Shown piece by piece: positions 42,139 to 55,000 of a stretch of DNA of 64,000 nucleotides; position 1 is the first letter of the stretch; each line of letters begins with the position of its first letter. The notes under the pieces were generated by a model that saw only the letters and a list, made by a program, of their open reading frames with translations, did no database searches and was not told the origin of the DNA. The stretch lies in assembly GCA_040954595.2 (NCBI GenBank), contig CM082586.2, forward strand, positions 5,628,509 through 5,692,508, given 5' to 3'. Made by a program: the position numbers and the translations under genes. Origin of the DNA: Balanoglossus misakiensis. Taxonomy: Eukaryota; Animalia; Hemichordata.

Positions 42139-45076
42139 TTAGTAATAAAAAGGCAATGCGAGATAATAAAATATCATCCAGAAAATCACATCGAATATCA
42201 CTAACGCGGTTAAAAACAAAACTCTGCTGCATCTATCAATTATACACCCAATTCTTATTAAGTCGCATTCTGAAAACCTTCCATTACGAGCTACGGCGCT
42301 TGTATTGTGTGGCTGTGTTGACGAAGAATGCATCTCCAAATCCGTGTTCTTGTTCCCGGATACCAAGGAGGTTGTTGACATTGTTTTATTACCACCCATG
42401 GTCGCGTTGGAAGAGTCACCTTCACTTGTGATCTGATAAAATGATAAAACGTAAATGATTGTACAACAATAATGTAGAATGTACAGGATGTGTACCATTT
42501 ACCCCTAGGCGGGCGTGGTCTGTAAATTCCACACTATATATCTTCAAAAAAAACCAAATAACACTAAGTGTCGCTAAGAAATTCTAGAATTAACGTTGTT
42601 TGCACCCGTATAACTGTAGTGTTATTTATATGCCCCAAAAAATGTTCACTCGCGAAAATGACCAGATTAAAAGCCAGTTAGCTTTCCATGACTTAGATGT
42701 AAACTTAAAGCAACTGACGGGCCAAGCCTATACCTCTAATCGTTTTCTCCCTCTTCCTTCCTTTGCCTTTCTTTCGCCTTCTCGGCACAGGAAGTATACA
42801 AATGTGTACTCCAACAAGGTCACGAATACCAGGAATTGACACGCCGCCAGCCATATATCCAATGCCTAAGACAAGAAAACTCATCCGTCATGGTTTCAGT
42901 GACATATTAATATTTAAACAGTCTAAGAGGTTTCGACAAAGTCACACGGGCACTGGTCGCCATCTTCCATGTTTTTTCTTAGTACTTGAGAGGTGGGACA
43001 TGATAGTACATGTAATGTCTTAGTACATGAACACGTGTTTTGTAAATCAAAAAGTTCGTTCATTTAATTGAACTATATTGACACTTACCGTTACGTAGGC
43101 AACCTTAGGTATTTCGCCTTTTAGCAAACTGGACTGCGTGAGGAGGGCGAGGAAAGTTGTAATGCCAAGTGTTGCTCTTGCGGGTGAATTGATAGGATCT
43201 ATCCAGAAGGTCAGCCAGGAAACGATGACTAGCGCACTGCTGGGAATAAACGCTTCCAGTATGTAGAACCCAAGTTGTCGTTGGAGATGAAACTGTACCG
43301 TTAGGCGGCTGAAGTTACCTTGTAGAGACGGAAACGACCGATTAGCCCTTTCACCACCATGGTTCAGTCCAAACGCACTGTTTCTTATGGTAAAGTTGGA
43401 CGTCTTAACAGGGAACTGGGGTGAACGAGTTAGGGGAGGGAGGGTCTATGATACATATGTGCTATACATACACACATAATGCCTTGTCTTGTTGGTAAAT
43501 ACAGTATGGATTTACATCATATTTTGAGTCTGACCATTTCAGAATATTACAGATTGGGATACTTAGTACATAATTATATCTCGTTTCTATGGTATATACC
43601 TGGGATATACTCGAGAGTCTCGTCTATCTTTGTAAAACCTTGTATATGGTATTGAGGCAGCGTGACTGTGTCTTCTAGTTGAACAGCGTTATCAGTATTG
43701 CCGATTCCAAGCCATCGTAGTACAATGTTTTCGGTTGAGTGGGCATCTGTAACGATTATATAATGAATGTTAAACTAGTTTATGTGACAATTTGTCAGTA
43801 GAAACTTAATCTCTCCCACTACCTTCTAATACTTACATGAGATAATCCTCATTCCACAAGTTTGTTGATCAAATGGAAAGTTGTGTAGGTCCATGTCGCA
43901 TGAAAGGAGAAGGGTCATTCTACAAGTAAAGGAAAAAAATGTATGAATCTGCAGCTGACATATACCAACCGTGCAGTGAGACGCCTTGAGCGGCTCGAGT
44001 TGCTACTCAGATGTAATGATGCACGCTTTTCATAAATCTAGCGCCCTCATGCAACCATCATGAATTTGAACTCAAAGCGAGGTCAACTGGGAAAACCCCT
44101 TGATGTGATTGGTCAACTATTCCCATTGGTCTCGCGCATGATGGCGCTAGACTTATGAAAAGGGTGTATTAAGATGGTACCCACCTCGTACTGTAAAACA
44201 CATCTCCGTTGGGATGTATCATAAAAAGGGCGTTGAGCTTAGGTGTGACGTGAGTGATTGTAGATTTTGAATGAGGAAAGTAAGTGTCCGGAGTCCAGTA
44301 CTTTTGGCTGACGTCACCATTAACGGTTATGGCTGAAAAGTTATGACGTAGTCTTGGATCATTCCACAGCTGACGGAGGTAGATTATGGTTGAATAATCC
44401 TGCGGATCCGAAAAGTATAACATATGTGCATTAGCTGTAGTTTTCAATATGGATACTAACACACAGAAGTTATGTATATATTTTAATGGGCGCTATACCT
44501 GTTTTCCTTTTAATTTTTTGTGAAACAATTCTTACAAGTTACAAGTGACGTTTTACTAGTTCAGACTTGAAAAGATCACTTAGACGTAGACTAGTGTGCT
44601 ATTTCAGAACTAAATAATCAATAACGATATTCCGGAAATCATTGTAATCTTTTAATGTAATTTCACGAAGTTAATGTAAATTAGACATTGCATCGATAGG
44701 GCAAATGTGCATGACAACGCCACGAGTAAAGTCAATGTTTTCCTGCTGATAAAAAGACAAAACATTAATTAGTTTCACTAATAGCAACCGCATTAAGTAT
44801 TCGAAGGAACTGATGCGTAAAGTTATGTAATCACGAGTCTAAGTAAACCGTTTATGAATACAGCGATTTGTATCAAACCTACCATGTCAGTCTCCGATAC
44901 CGAATAAAAACTCTCCACGTATATGCCAATCTGGATGTCTACAGGAGGGCCTGCAAAGAAAGTTACTATTTCAGAACACAAATTGGTATTGCACCCTCTA
45001 AATTAACATACATCATCATCATTATCTTCATCATCATCATCGTCGTCGTTGTCACGATCATCGTCATCGTCACCAT

Positions 45077-45157
<81 letters not shown>

Positions 45158-46190
45158 AACTCACCACCAGCATTGGGTCTTATTCGATAGTCTTCACCTT
45201 CGAGGAATGCATGAACGTTTGACGTCGGTGACTCTGTAGTTTCGGTCCGTTGGCTGTCGTTTCCTGCATTGCTGTATTAAAATATCCACATGAATATAAA
45301 AAAAGATTACATTATAACCTATATTCAACATTCTAAGGTGGTTTGTTGCACCACTGCGTAATTGAAGATGTCAGAATGTGTAGGCCTGAGTATACATGTA
45401 GACACTCTAAATCAAGAGAAGTAGAATATCCCCATGTATAATCAATGCGCCTCTATATTTATAAACTGATTCAAGATGTATTCTACATTTATATATGGTG
45501 GATCACAAAATTAAATCCATGGAAACAACAAATTAATATTATATAATTTCACGAGTACAGTGCACAATACAATAAACAAATAAGGGTCATTTCAATTGAG
45601 GGAAAAATCGCGTGTTATTTATTTGAGTGTGAATTATATTGTCCCAATCAAATGTGTACAACAAGTTGGAAACGGAATGACAGATCTTTGCGGGTAGAAT
45701 GATAAACCAGGGGCGAGGCTGCGCTGTAAAGAAGCCGGCACTGAAAATCCCAAGAGTAGTCGGTTCAATACAGAAGCTAGGTGTTAGAGTGGTAGGGGGT
45801 ATTACTGTTGGGGAAAAGAAGCTGGTAGGAAAATGCAAAGTAAGCGGTTATTTTGGCTGGCTGCCGACTCTTATTTTCAGTCCAGTGCACGTGTGTGTCA
45901 AGCATTCATTATCATTGGCATGGTCTTAATTTAGAATTTGCAATGAAACAAGTGGCGTTCATGAGCAGGATTGTAATGCGGGAGTGAAGAACCTGAAACG
46001 TTCTTTCAATAAATATTAATTTCCCTGGCATGATCAGAAAGGTTGCCTATTGTTGATTGCAGTGGTTAATGTGTATTGTAGAGAATCGGCTTGCTGAGTA
46101 ACTAACCTTGAATTAAATATGCTCAACTCACCACAGTACTTGGTGCTGGCACAAGATAAACATCATCAACACGGACATCATTGTTGTCAT
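42139..46190 (-). CDS. Cys-loop ligand-gated anion channel subunit (paralogue D), complete, about 444 aa
   Basis: Exons 46132-46190 (signal peptide MTTMMSVLMMFILCQHQVLC), 45165-45271 (EDYRIRPNAGG), 44883-44950 (68 nt), 44185-44399 (YLRQLWNDPRL, WTPDTYFPHSK), 43837-43919 (83 nt, CDMDLHNFPFDQQTC), 43600-43746, 43089-43318 (SPARATLGITTFLALLTQSSLLKGEIPKVAYVT), 42734-42865 (ALDIWLAAC..LLEYTFV), 42139-42432 (IDRCSRVLFLTALVIFDVIFW). Total 1335 nt, frame intact. Confidence 0.95.
43342..43433. mobile_element. About 90-bp short TIR element, copy 1 (TTAACCCTTTCACC...GGTGAAAGGGTTAA type)
   Basis: Degenerate TIRs (ttagccctttcacc / ggtgaacgagtta). Interior motifs (caccatg, tatggtaaagttggac, tggggtgaa) are shared with 58570-58667. 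Confidence 0.55.
44019..44169. mobile_element. About 150-bp MITE-like inverted-repeat element in intron 4 of gene D
   Basis: Left arm ATGCACGCTTTTCATAAATCTAGCGCCCTCATGC versus reverse complement of right arm ATACACCCTTTTCATAAGTCTAGCGCCATCATGC (34 bp, 4 mismatches). Confidence 0.75.
45011..45157. repeat. (CAT)n microsatellite filling most of intron 2 of gene D
   Basis: Direct reading. Confidence 0.95.
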
Positions 46191-46479
46191 CGTGTGTGTA
46201 TGCGCGCCCGTCAAACTGCGACCTGGGTCCCGTTTCTCCGATTCTATCGAAGCAGTCACCAACGTATACTAATACACTGACAATGCTGGTGCAACGGACG
46301 TATCGCCTCTTCATGCGCAATTTGTTTAGAAATATCACATTCTATAAAGTCATTTGTTGGGTGTAATTACTCATTGTATGAAATCGCGCATGCGTTACAG
46401 CTATTTATGAATTTATAGCGCACGATTTTCTGATGGGTTACTTGATGCATTGCCAAACATTTCAAAAAGCAAACCTCTG

Positions 46480-46646
46480 ATTCGTTCGTTCGTTCGTGCA
46501 TTCATTCATTCATCCATCCATCCATCCACTAATCCAGTCAGTCATCGTTCGTTCGTTCGTTCGTTCATTCATTCATCCATCCATCCATCCATCCATCCAT
46601 CCACTAATACAGTCAGTCAGTCAGTCAGTCAGTCAGTCAGTCAGTC
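46480..46646. repeat. Compound (TTCG)/(TTCA)/(TCCA)/(GTCA) tetranucleotide microsatellite
   Basis: Direct reading; the block pattern occurs twice. Confidence 0.9.
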
Positions 46647-48156
46647 TGTCCAGCTGCCTGTCAGTGTTTGCTTGACTATACATGACCACTGATCTGTCTA
46701 AGGGCCAATTTAACTGTGTGCAGTCGATATCTCAAGAATAAAGTCGTCTTCCTTTTTTGACGACACGCCAAGATAGCGAGCATTGCATTTCTAATGTGTC
46801 TGTCTACCACAACGAGTCAAAATAGCCGAAAGGGATTCTCTTTGTCTGAGGTTAAAATTAAAAAGGGCGGAATTAGCTGATTAATTTTTAATTTAAAAAA
46901 AAATAAAAAATAAATCAACTGTTAAACCAGCATGTGATGTATACCCTGGCTTAGAGAAAGAGACAAACTGAAAGTGAAATATAATACTAAAATGAGCTAA
47001 AACGAGAAATTGACACCATTTACCAAATAGGTCCAAATCTGTCAGAAAATAATCCAAAAGGTTGTAATTGTCATAGCTACACACATTATACTGTGTTACA
47101 GTGAAGATCCTTAGTTCTAATGATGTTATTTTATCCTCAAATTTCGTCTGGTTGATATGTGGTAGACTCTCCCGATTAAATTTATGTCACGCTGAAACGA
47201 TGTTATATATATATATCACATGAAGCGTGGGTAATTAAATTGATTAAAAGTGAATTAGAGGTGAACAGAAAGAGAATGGTTTGGCCCCATTCATCATTTC
47301 TTAAGCGACATTTCATGAAATATTCACAAGCCTTTAACAATAACACGTAGCACATGTTTAATTGCTTTTCAATGATATGACCTTTGCCAATATGTGATAG
47401 TTTTTTTCTTTTCTGAGGATCGCATCGTTGTAATGTGCAACCAGCATAAACACAGTGTCAACGGGTCACATGCAGCCGAATACGTCAAATCAGTTATGTT
47501 TTGCAAGCATTAACCTGATGGCAAGGACGAGGAAAATCTAGACCATCAAAACAGTGGATACCTTTCAAACTGGTTGTACTAAAATGGGGTCCAGTCTTCT
47601 GTTGTCGTTTTTGACTTCACTGTCTCTGTGTACGTCATAATCCCGTCAACGCCATACGTGTAATTCTTTTCTTACTCCGGAGATTTCAAGTGACGCGCCA
47701 ATTTGTATACATAGGGGCCGGTGGCCTATATTGTATCCGAATAAAGTATTGATTATTTACTGTCCAAATTTAGGTGAAGGTGAATGTCTACTATAAATTG
47801 AAAATATTTAAGTTTTCCTGATGTGGAATAGTAATACACATTTGAAATGCTGTTTTTTTATCTCCATTTGCAATTGTCCATTGCTTGCTTGCAAGGGATA
47901 CTAGGTATATACATTCTCATGTTTTATATTGGAACATTGATCGTTTAGCGCCAACATAAAAAGGCACAACCGCCACCAATCTTGAATACAATGATGTCGC
48001 CACATTTGCCGTTGGATAATATGTTCGGATATAGGCCTAGCGCTCATATATAGAACTCTGTAGTTACGATGAAGGCAGCTTGACTGACCACGATGATTGT
48101 GGAAAATGTCTTTCGGCATTCAGTTCCTCTTTTAACCATTCTAATGCGGTGAGGAT

Positions 48157-48913
48157 TTAAATCAGCCTCTCAGTTCTTCTATCTGAATAATAAAAATCAC
48201 CATCACATCATCATCATCATCATCATCATCATCATAAGGACCTGTCAACGACTACGAATGACCACATTGGGGACACAACTATTTTGCCTGGCCGCGTTCT
48301 GAAAATGTGTAATTCATTTGCTTAGATTTATAGTTGCCATGGTATCTGTACCTTCAAGTAAATGTCATAAGAGTGTGATACATACCAAGCGCATAAAACA
48401 GAAGACCAACGACCACAGCTAACACCACTATAGCAGCAATTATGACCGTCGTCCATGCCACAAGAGATGCAGAAATCACCCCTTCTTTTCTGAGCTTTGG
48501 TGTTGCCTTGTCAAAAGCAAATCCGCCATGTTCGATATGAACATCGCCACCGTAGGGCCTGGTTTTCCGTTCACTTCGTTTTTGCGGACTCTGTCTCCAC
48601 GCTCTGTCGACAGGTGAGGATTGACGAGATGCCTTGTCACGACTCTGAATAATTAAAGAGGAAAACATTAATTGTTCACTTACTGCGATGACGAAAAGCA
48701 CTTTAATCAGTATTAATTTGCTATCTGCGCTCCAGTTTACGGCTTGCTTTATCATGCTGGTTTGGTCGGCGACGTTCATATTAGAAGACCAAATCTCACT
48801 GTATTGCAATCAAATGTAAGATGGAAAGACGGCGAGAAAAATAGTCTACCTTGGTGTTTACGGTCTGTCTTGCTAACGGATACGCTACCTTATGATGACG
48901 GTGGTGGTGGTGG

Positions 48914-48975
<62 letters not shown>

Positions 48976-50324
48976 GTGATCATGATGATGATGACTTTTG
49001 AATATTGTTTTACAACATCCCAAATAAAGGCGGACACACTTCATGGTAATGCATGACCTCACGTAAATCCCTCAAGGGAAAACATTATGGTCAAAATACT
49101 CGCATTAATCGCTATGGTTATGAATTATCCCGCAGAAAATAACAGCTGCATGTTTGCGTATGTTCATCATTGCGTAGCGGGGATAAATGCATGGTAGTAC
49201 TTTCAGTAATTTTGAGGAACCATATGCTGTAGGGCCTAACAATGTCGACACGCAATTTAATCATGATTTATGGGGTCCTTCTCTGAAGGACTACACGAAA
49301 GGTTAACATAACGTAGTCGAACTTTTGTGTGAATACCAGCATTGTTGTGTTGCTAAGTCCGGGCACGTTGATACATGTACGTTTCCGTGACAAAACACGT
49401 TTGTAAAAACCATATAAGTGTCCCAGTGGCAGTAAAATTTGACCTTTATGGCAAAGACTGGTGCGATTTAAGGGGAAGGGTTTAACATGGTTTATTGGGA
49501 GTGGCTTCTAATTGTTACAAGCATCTGTAGTGAGTCAGTATATTTAGTGTGAGCGTTTTTGATAAAATCTATGAAATTTAAACATATGTACGCATGTACT
49601 GCATGTGTGTATGCACATGTATGTAAGTAACTGACTCTATGTAGAAGTCTATAACAGGGTATCGACCCACCTTTTCTTTTCCTGGTTCATCTAGTGTCCG
49701 TTGACCGGAATGTAGTTGTTGAGGTTTGGCAGCCAACGAAACAACTTCGGTGCCGACGTCTTTCTCATGTCCAGTTTGTTTTGAAAGTTCCACGAGGTGA
49801 ATGTTTTCTCCGTCGCCTGGTGGGTCTGGCATGACTTCAGACATACCTGACAATCCTGTGTTGTCAGTTCCATCGGTTTGGACCTCTATTGGTTCAAATG
49901 TAGGTATGGCAGCGAGTTCTTCTTCGGAAGGCGGGGCTGGAAAATGTTCCTCGTCCCTGTCCTCCTCATCGTTTCCTCTGTCACTATTTGCAATGTCTTC
50001 GAGCAGATTAATGACACTTTGTTCCAAAGCAGCCTGGTCCGTGTCTTCAGGGTCAATGACGTCACCTTCTTGTGGGCTGGAACGCTCGACCGCCTTATCT
50101 GATTCTGAAATCAGCTCGATATCAGATGGCGTCCTGGTGCTCACTGCTGTGCTGTCGGAGCCTCCCGAACCGTGAAGGCTAGCATTTTGCGGTGCTTTCT
50201 CGTCCTCCGATACCCCAGCGGTGGTGTCAGTATTCAAGACATTTCCCCCCTCTCCTGTTTCAGCGTGCTGTTCAATGTCCCCGTCCACTGCTTGGTCGAC
50301 TACTTGCTCGGTCGTTTCACTCAT
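48157..50324 (-). CDS. Uncharacterised acidic, probably disordered protein with one C-terminal transmembrane helix (tail-anchored or type II), about 312 aa
   Basis: Exon 1 49671-50324 has 218 codons, is very E/D/S/T-rich and ends AAG|GTGGGT. Exon 2 48386-48644 (ttcag|, phase 0) ends in the hydrophobic LVAWTTVIIAAIVVLAVVVGLLFYAL and G|GTATGT. Candidate last exon 48157-48182 encodes DRRTERLI*. The first two exons are well supported; the last exon is tentative. No family recognised. Confidence 0.7.
48892..48994. repeat. (GGT)n(GAT)n microsatellite
   Basis: Direct reading; intronic in the acidic-protein gene. Confidence 0.95.
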
Positions 50325-52004
50325 TTCGAAGATTTACTCGTAGTGGTGGAAAATGGATATGTTCACTGCGCTGTTTTGTGTACCTTGACGTGGTCAGTCA
50401 AAGTACAATACCCTGACGTGGTCAGTCAATTACATACGTCAGGAATGACTACAGCAACGACGGTCCTTCGCTCACCTTGCTACAGTTCTGTTGAGCTTCA
50501 GTTCACAAGTCAGTTCTGTCACCCTGGTGACTCTCGTGGCATGCCCAGACAATGTAACATTTGCATGGTACTGCTGAACTACACACTCGTCGCGGACATA
50601 CCCTTTTATTGGACTTATTTAGCCGTGTTATTTAGTGTGGGGTCAGTCTCAGGTGAGAGTACACGGTCTCTTTTGTTTGCGCCCTCAGTTGGCAAGTAGC
50701 ATACGTATAAAGTTACATTGTATACATCCCATATCTTAGCTTTACGTTTAATAGCCCTCTTCCCTGTCTGTCTGTCTGTCTGTCTGTTCCGGTTATCTGT
50801 TTGCCTCAGAACGATATTTATATCAACATGAAATCAGGCGGTGGCAATTCTTAATCTGACAACAGAAAACGCGCAAACGACCAGAAGTATAGTTCAACAT
50901 TTTTATTATGGTCCCCAACATTTACAAATGTCTCCTTGTAATGACAGATATAAATGCATATGATGAGTAAATTGAGACGAAAAAAATTAATATTTTTTTT
51001 GCATAGAAAGACATGTTAAACATACATATATTAAAATTCTAACAATACAGCTAATCGGTATATTCGCGTCGGCGGCGCTCTGTATCTAGTATTGCATGAG
51101 GGTACATGACAAATTTAGAATGAATCTAGATCAAGAAAGTGCGATTTTTGCAACTGACGGAGTGGCAGAATAATATTATTGCAAGACATCGAACAGAAGA
51201 ATATTTTTCCGGCAAAAATTGTCATTTTGTCACTGTTGGACAGTTTATAAAGCTTTGGAATAGAAAAAAAAATGGAAGACGACAGTTGCAGTCTTCCTAT
51301 AAAGACCGAAATTATTATCCCAATCTTGTTTATGTTGGCAAAGGTATATTTTTATTTTTAACATAAAAAAACACTAATATACTGCGCGGTAATCTGTCTT
51401 GAGATATTAGCATGCGTCATGATTGTATATCATTTTACTTTTTGTCATGAGGATTACGATAAGAAATTCAAATTTTATTTTTTCTACCAAATTTACATTT
51501 TTTAAAAATCTATTTCATAAAACTATTAATGGAAAACTGAACGTGTATTTTTAAGTGTTAAATACTTACTTTCTTAGAATTTATTGGTAACTAGCTATTG
51601 AAAACAAAACAAAGTAAATGGATTTGAATATATAAGTGACATGGTCGTGACTCATGACTGGTGAGAATCCCGCATCTCAGCAAATACAATATGAGTGTAC
51701 ATTCGCCTTTTTTGCAAATTATATGAACAAATGTGCGTTTGTAATAAGCCTAGCGATTCTTAGTCAAGTGTAATAACACATTGTCCATGACATGCAAATA
51801 ACATAATCATGCACTTTGTTTTAAATTGCTAAAAGATCGGGACATACTAGTAGGAAATTCTACCGTGTGACAGTTATATCCGCATATTAGGGGTAAAGAC
51901 AGACAGATTGATGTTTATATTTAAAAGTCAATCGACTTAAATGTTACTGAGAAAGAAGTTTTTTAGGTGTCGAATTATGTAAATTTAAGTTTTGGTTGAA
52001 CGAA

Positions 52005-55000
52005 TCAGAGAGTCGACACTTTCCTTGTCGTCAGATAGTCTATGTTTATGTAGGTTGCCCAGTAGTAGATGTTGAACCCAAGAAACGTCAGGATGAACAA
52101 GGGTCTACAAAACTGATCGACAGTCAGGCCAAGTTTTCTGTAGTCAGTGACTGTGACGCCAAGAGACTGGTCTTTCTTTTTTATCAAGCGTCTCTTGGTG
52201 GCGGGCTTTCTGAGGTGTGGGCGTGTGGTGTCACTGGCGTGTGTCTCCTTTGGCTGCCACAGGTTTTCTTTGGAGAGATACAAGGAAGCTCGGTCGGATT
52301 TTTCCAGCAGTGACGAGACACTCCACGTAGATTCGTGAGGTACCTGTGGGAATTGAAAATTGAAGAGCCATTGAAACTAACTGTGTTTTCCGATGGTTTG
52401 TAAATTTAATGACGTGAACTATCAACAAGTTTAAAAATTAACTAGACACTTAGTATTGGTAAAATTTAAGCAATGGGCAGCACATTCATGCAAACATGTT
52501 GCGAATGAATGAATGAACAAATGAATGAATGAATGAATGAATGAATGAGTGAGTGAATGAGTTTAGTGAGTGTGTGCTTGAATGAGGGAGTGAGTGAGTA
52601 AATGAATGAATGTATAAATAGCAGCAAACACAATTCTCTCAGACCGCTGATATTTTTATTTCAGGCCTAAATACATTGTTTATTCCGAGACGTCCCTGAT
52701 TTGATAACTGATGACATTGTGAATGGCTGAATACCTTCAGATCACCCAGGCTACCACGGTCCTCTCTGGAGTGAATTTTCTCGGAATAGAAGAGAGGAAG
52801 AACGTTCTGATGCCGCCTTTCTTCCATTTTGTACAGATGGTAAACAAACACAAACTCTATCATCATAACGAATACCAAACACTCACACGTGGTCATCCAA
52901 ATATCTATAGCCTTTTGAAACAAAGAAAGGTAAAATCGTGAATAGGGATATGTAATGTAGTTTCGAAATCGTAGCTGGCCGTGGTCCTCAATATTTTATT
53001 TTAACAGATTGGAGATGCTAATTATTCACAAAGCATTGACGTTTTCCACGACCTCGTGTTGGTTTTGAACTAGGTAAGAAGGTGTGGGACCATGCAACAA
53101 GTAGATCCGTTATTGTTTAGTACCGTTGTGTAGGTGACCTTGGGTATCTGTCCTCGTAACCAGGTCGACTGCGTTATCAGTGCCAATGCCGTCGTGATCC
53201 CAAGGGTGGTTCTCGCTGGTGACGACGTCACTTCAATCCACAGCGTCAGCCACGATAGTATCACTAATGCTCCACTGGGGATGTACGCTAACAGGATGTA
53301 GAATCCCAACTGGCGGTCGAATATTAATGTCAGGTTGACGTGGCTGAAGTTACCTATCATAACGAAAACAAATAAAAGCTTTCCTGTTTATATGCACATT
53401 TAGCATTATTACATCCTGGGAATGTAACTTATTATTGAAGTTTTCTTCAAGCTTCAAGTTGTTTAGTGCATGGTGGTCTTGTATGGCTTCCCTCACGTAA
53501 TGGTGTTGCTATGGTGACAGTTGCTATGATGGCTTGTATATCTCTGGCAAGCCAGGAAATTTTCCATCACGCCCTTGGCGGGTGATATCAGAAACTGTCG
53601 AACACCAATCAGAAGTGCGTACTGGGTCACGTGATTACCCTGATCGAGGAGAATTTCATATAAGAAGAAAGCAACATTGGCCATGCGTCGCGTCCGTCTT
53701 CACGCTACAAATTTGGAGGCGGACGGGCGTTTTCGACAGATTTGGTGGCAGGGGTGGGATATTTCGGGGTATTACTTGGTTTCAGAAGCCCCTTTCAGTT
53801 TTTCGCCATGGTCTGGGTCGACGCAGTTGTCGTGTTTGGTCGTTGAATGTTGTTTTGGAGACCGGCGCCGTGTCTTGTATCATGTGTACTGTATATAGTT
53901 GTGCAAAACGAGGTCACAAAAGCTTGGGGTGTTTGCGTTCTGGGCACCGTACTCCTCACGGGATCTGATCACTCAGGTCAGCGCTACACCTTGGGTTTTT
54001 GTTTCTCATCCGTTTTGCTGTGTATTTGAGAACTGTACTGTGTTAATTTTGGCAGCCTTCGCCCTAAAAAATCTCGGCGCGCGCGTGTAGTCCAGAGGTG
54101 TTTGTTTCTTTCACGCCCCTGTTTCTTTCACGCCCCCCCCTGTATACATGTACGTAGAAGGAATTGCTTCCGTTAAATTCTCAAGTTTGGCTACTCCAAT
54201 GGGGGATACGGATTTATCACAGGGCCATAACGGCGGGGGGGGGGGTGTCGTTTTTAACAGCAACATGTAGTCCAGACAGCAGCGTGTAGTCCAGAGGTGT
54301 TTGTTTCTTTCACGCCCCCCCCCCCCTGTATACGTAGAAGGAATTGCTTCCGTTAATTTCTCAAGTTTGGCTACTCCAATGGGGGATACGGATTTATCAC
54401 AGGGCCATAACGGCGGGGGGGGGGGGTGTCGTTTTTAACAGCAAGGTTGATTCAGTTTCCGAGCTTACATGTTAATTTTACTGTCATTTCTGACAAGGCC
54501 TTGAAAACTTAGCGTGTTTCAACGAGCACAGGGCAAAAGGGTTGATACCATTATCTGGGTTTTCCTTAGTTGAGGGGGGTGGGCATGAACTTAATGTGGG
54601 GGGGGGGGTTGGATGCAGTAGAGCGGGAGTATCAGACTTTCTTTTTTTGAACAGTTTCAAACATTTTGCAAACATTTGTGAAAAAGCATGAAACAAAATT
54701 TAAAAGGTCGAGTTTCCATCAATGCCTAAGCATGTCATAACGCAGGTCTACAGTAATGCCTGTACTTTCATATCAGGGTCAAGACAATCAAGTGTTATCA
54801 ACATTCATGGAAATGTTTCTGATTTTTTTTCTGAGAGCGTAAGGAATAATTCATATATGAGTAGATTTCCTGGGAAGGCTGGGGCTGTATTTTTTTAAAG
54901 GTCAATCACAGGGTGTTGGTGGGGGGGGGGGGGGTACTTTGCATGAAAATGTTGCTGGGTTGCCCATAACAACACGTCCTGAAACAAGTGGGCTATCCAA

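Noticed and set aside
44868-45239. Poly-I and poly-M ORFs (likewise poly-H/poly-D at 48744-49062, poly-I/N at 8967-9188, FIYL repeats at 2880-3189)
   Set aside because: Microsatellite translation artefacts.
52005-52020. C-terminal VSTL of gene E resembles a class I PDZ ligand
   Set aside because: The post-M4 C-terminus of Cys-loop subunits is extracellular, so PDZ binding is topologically implausible.
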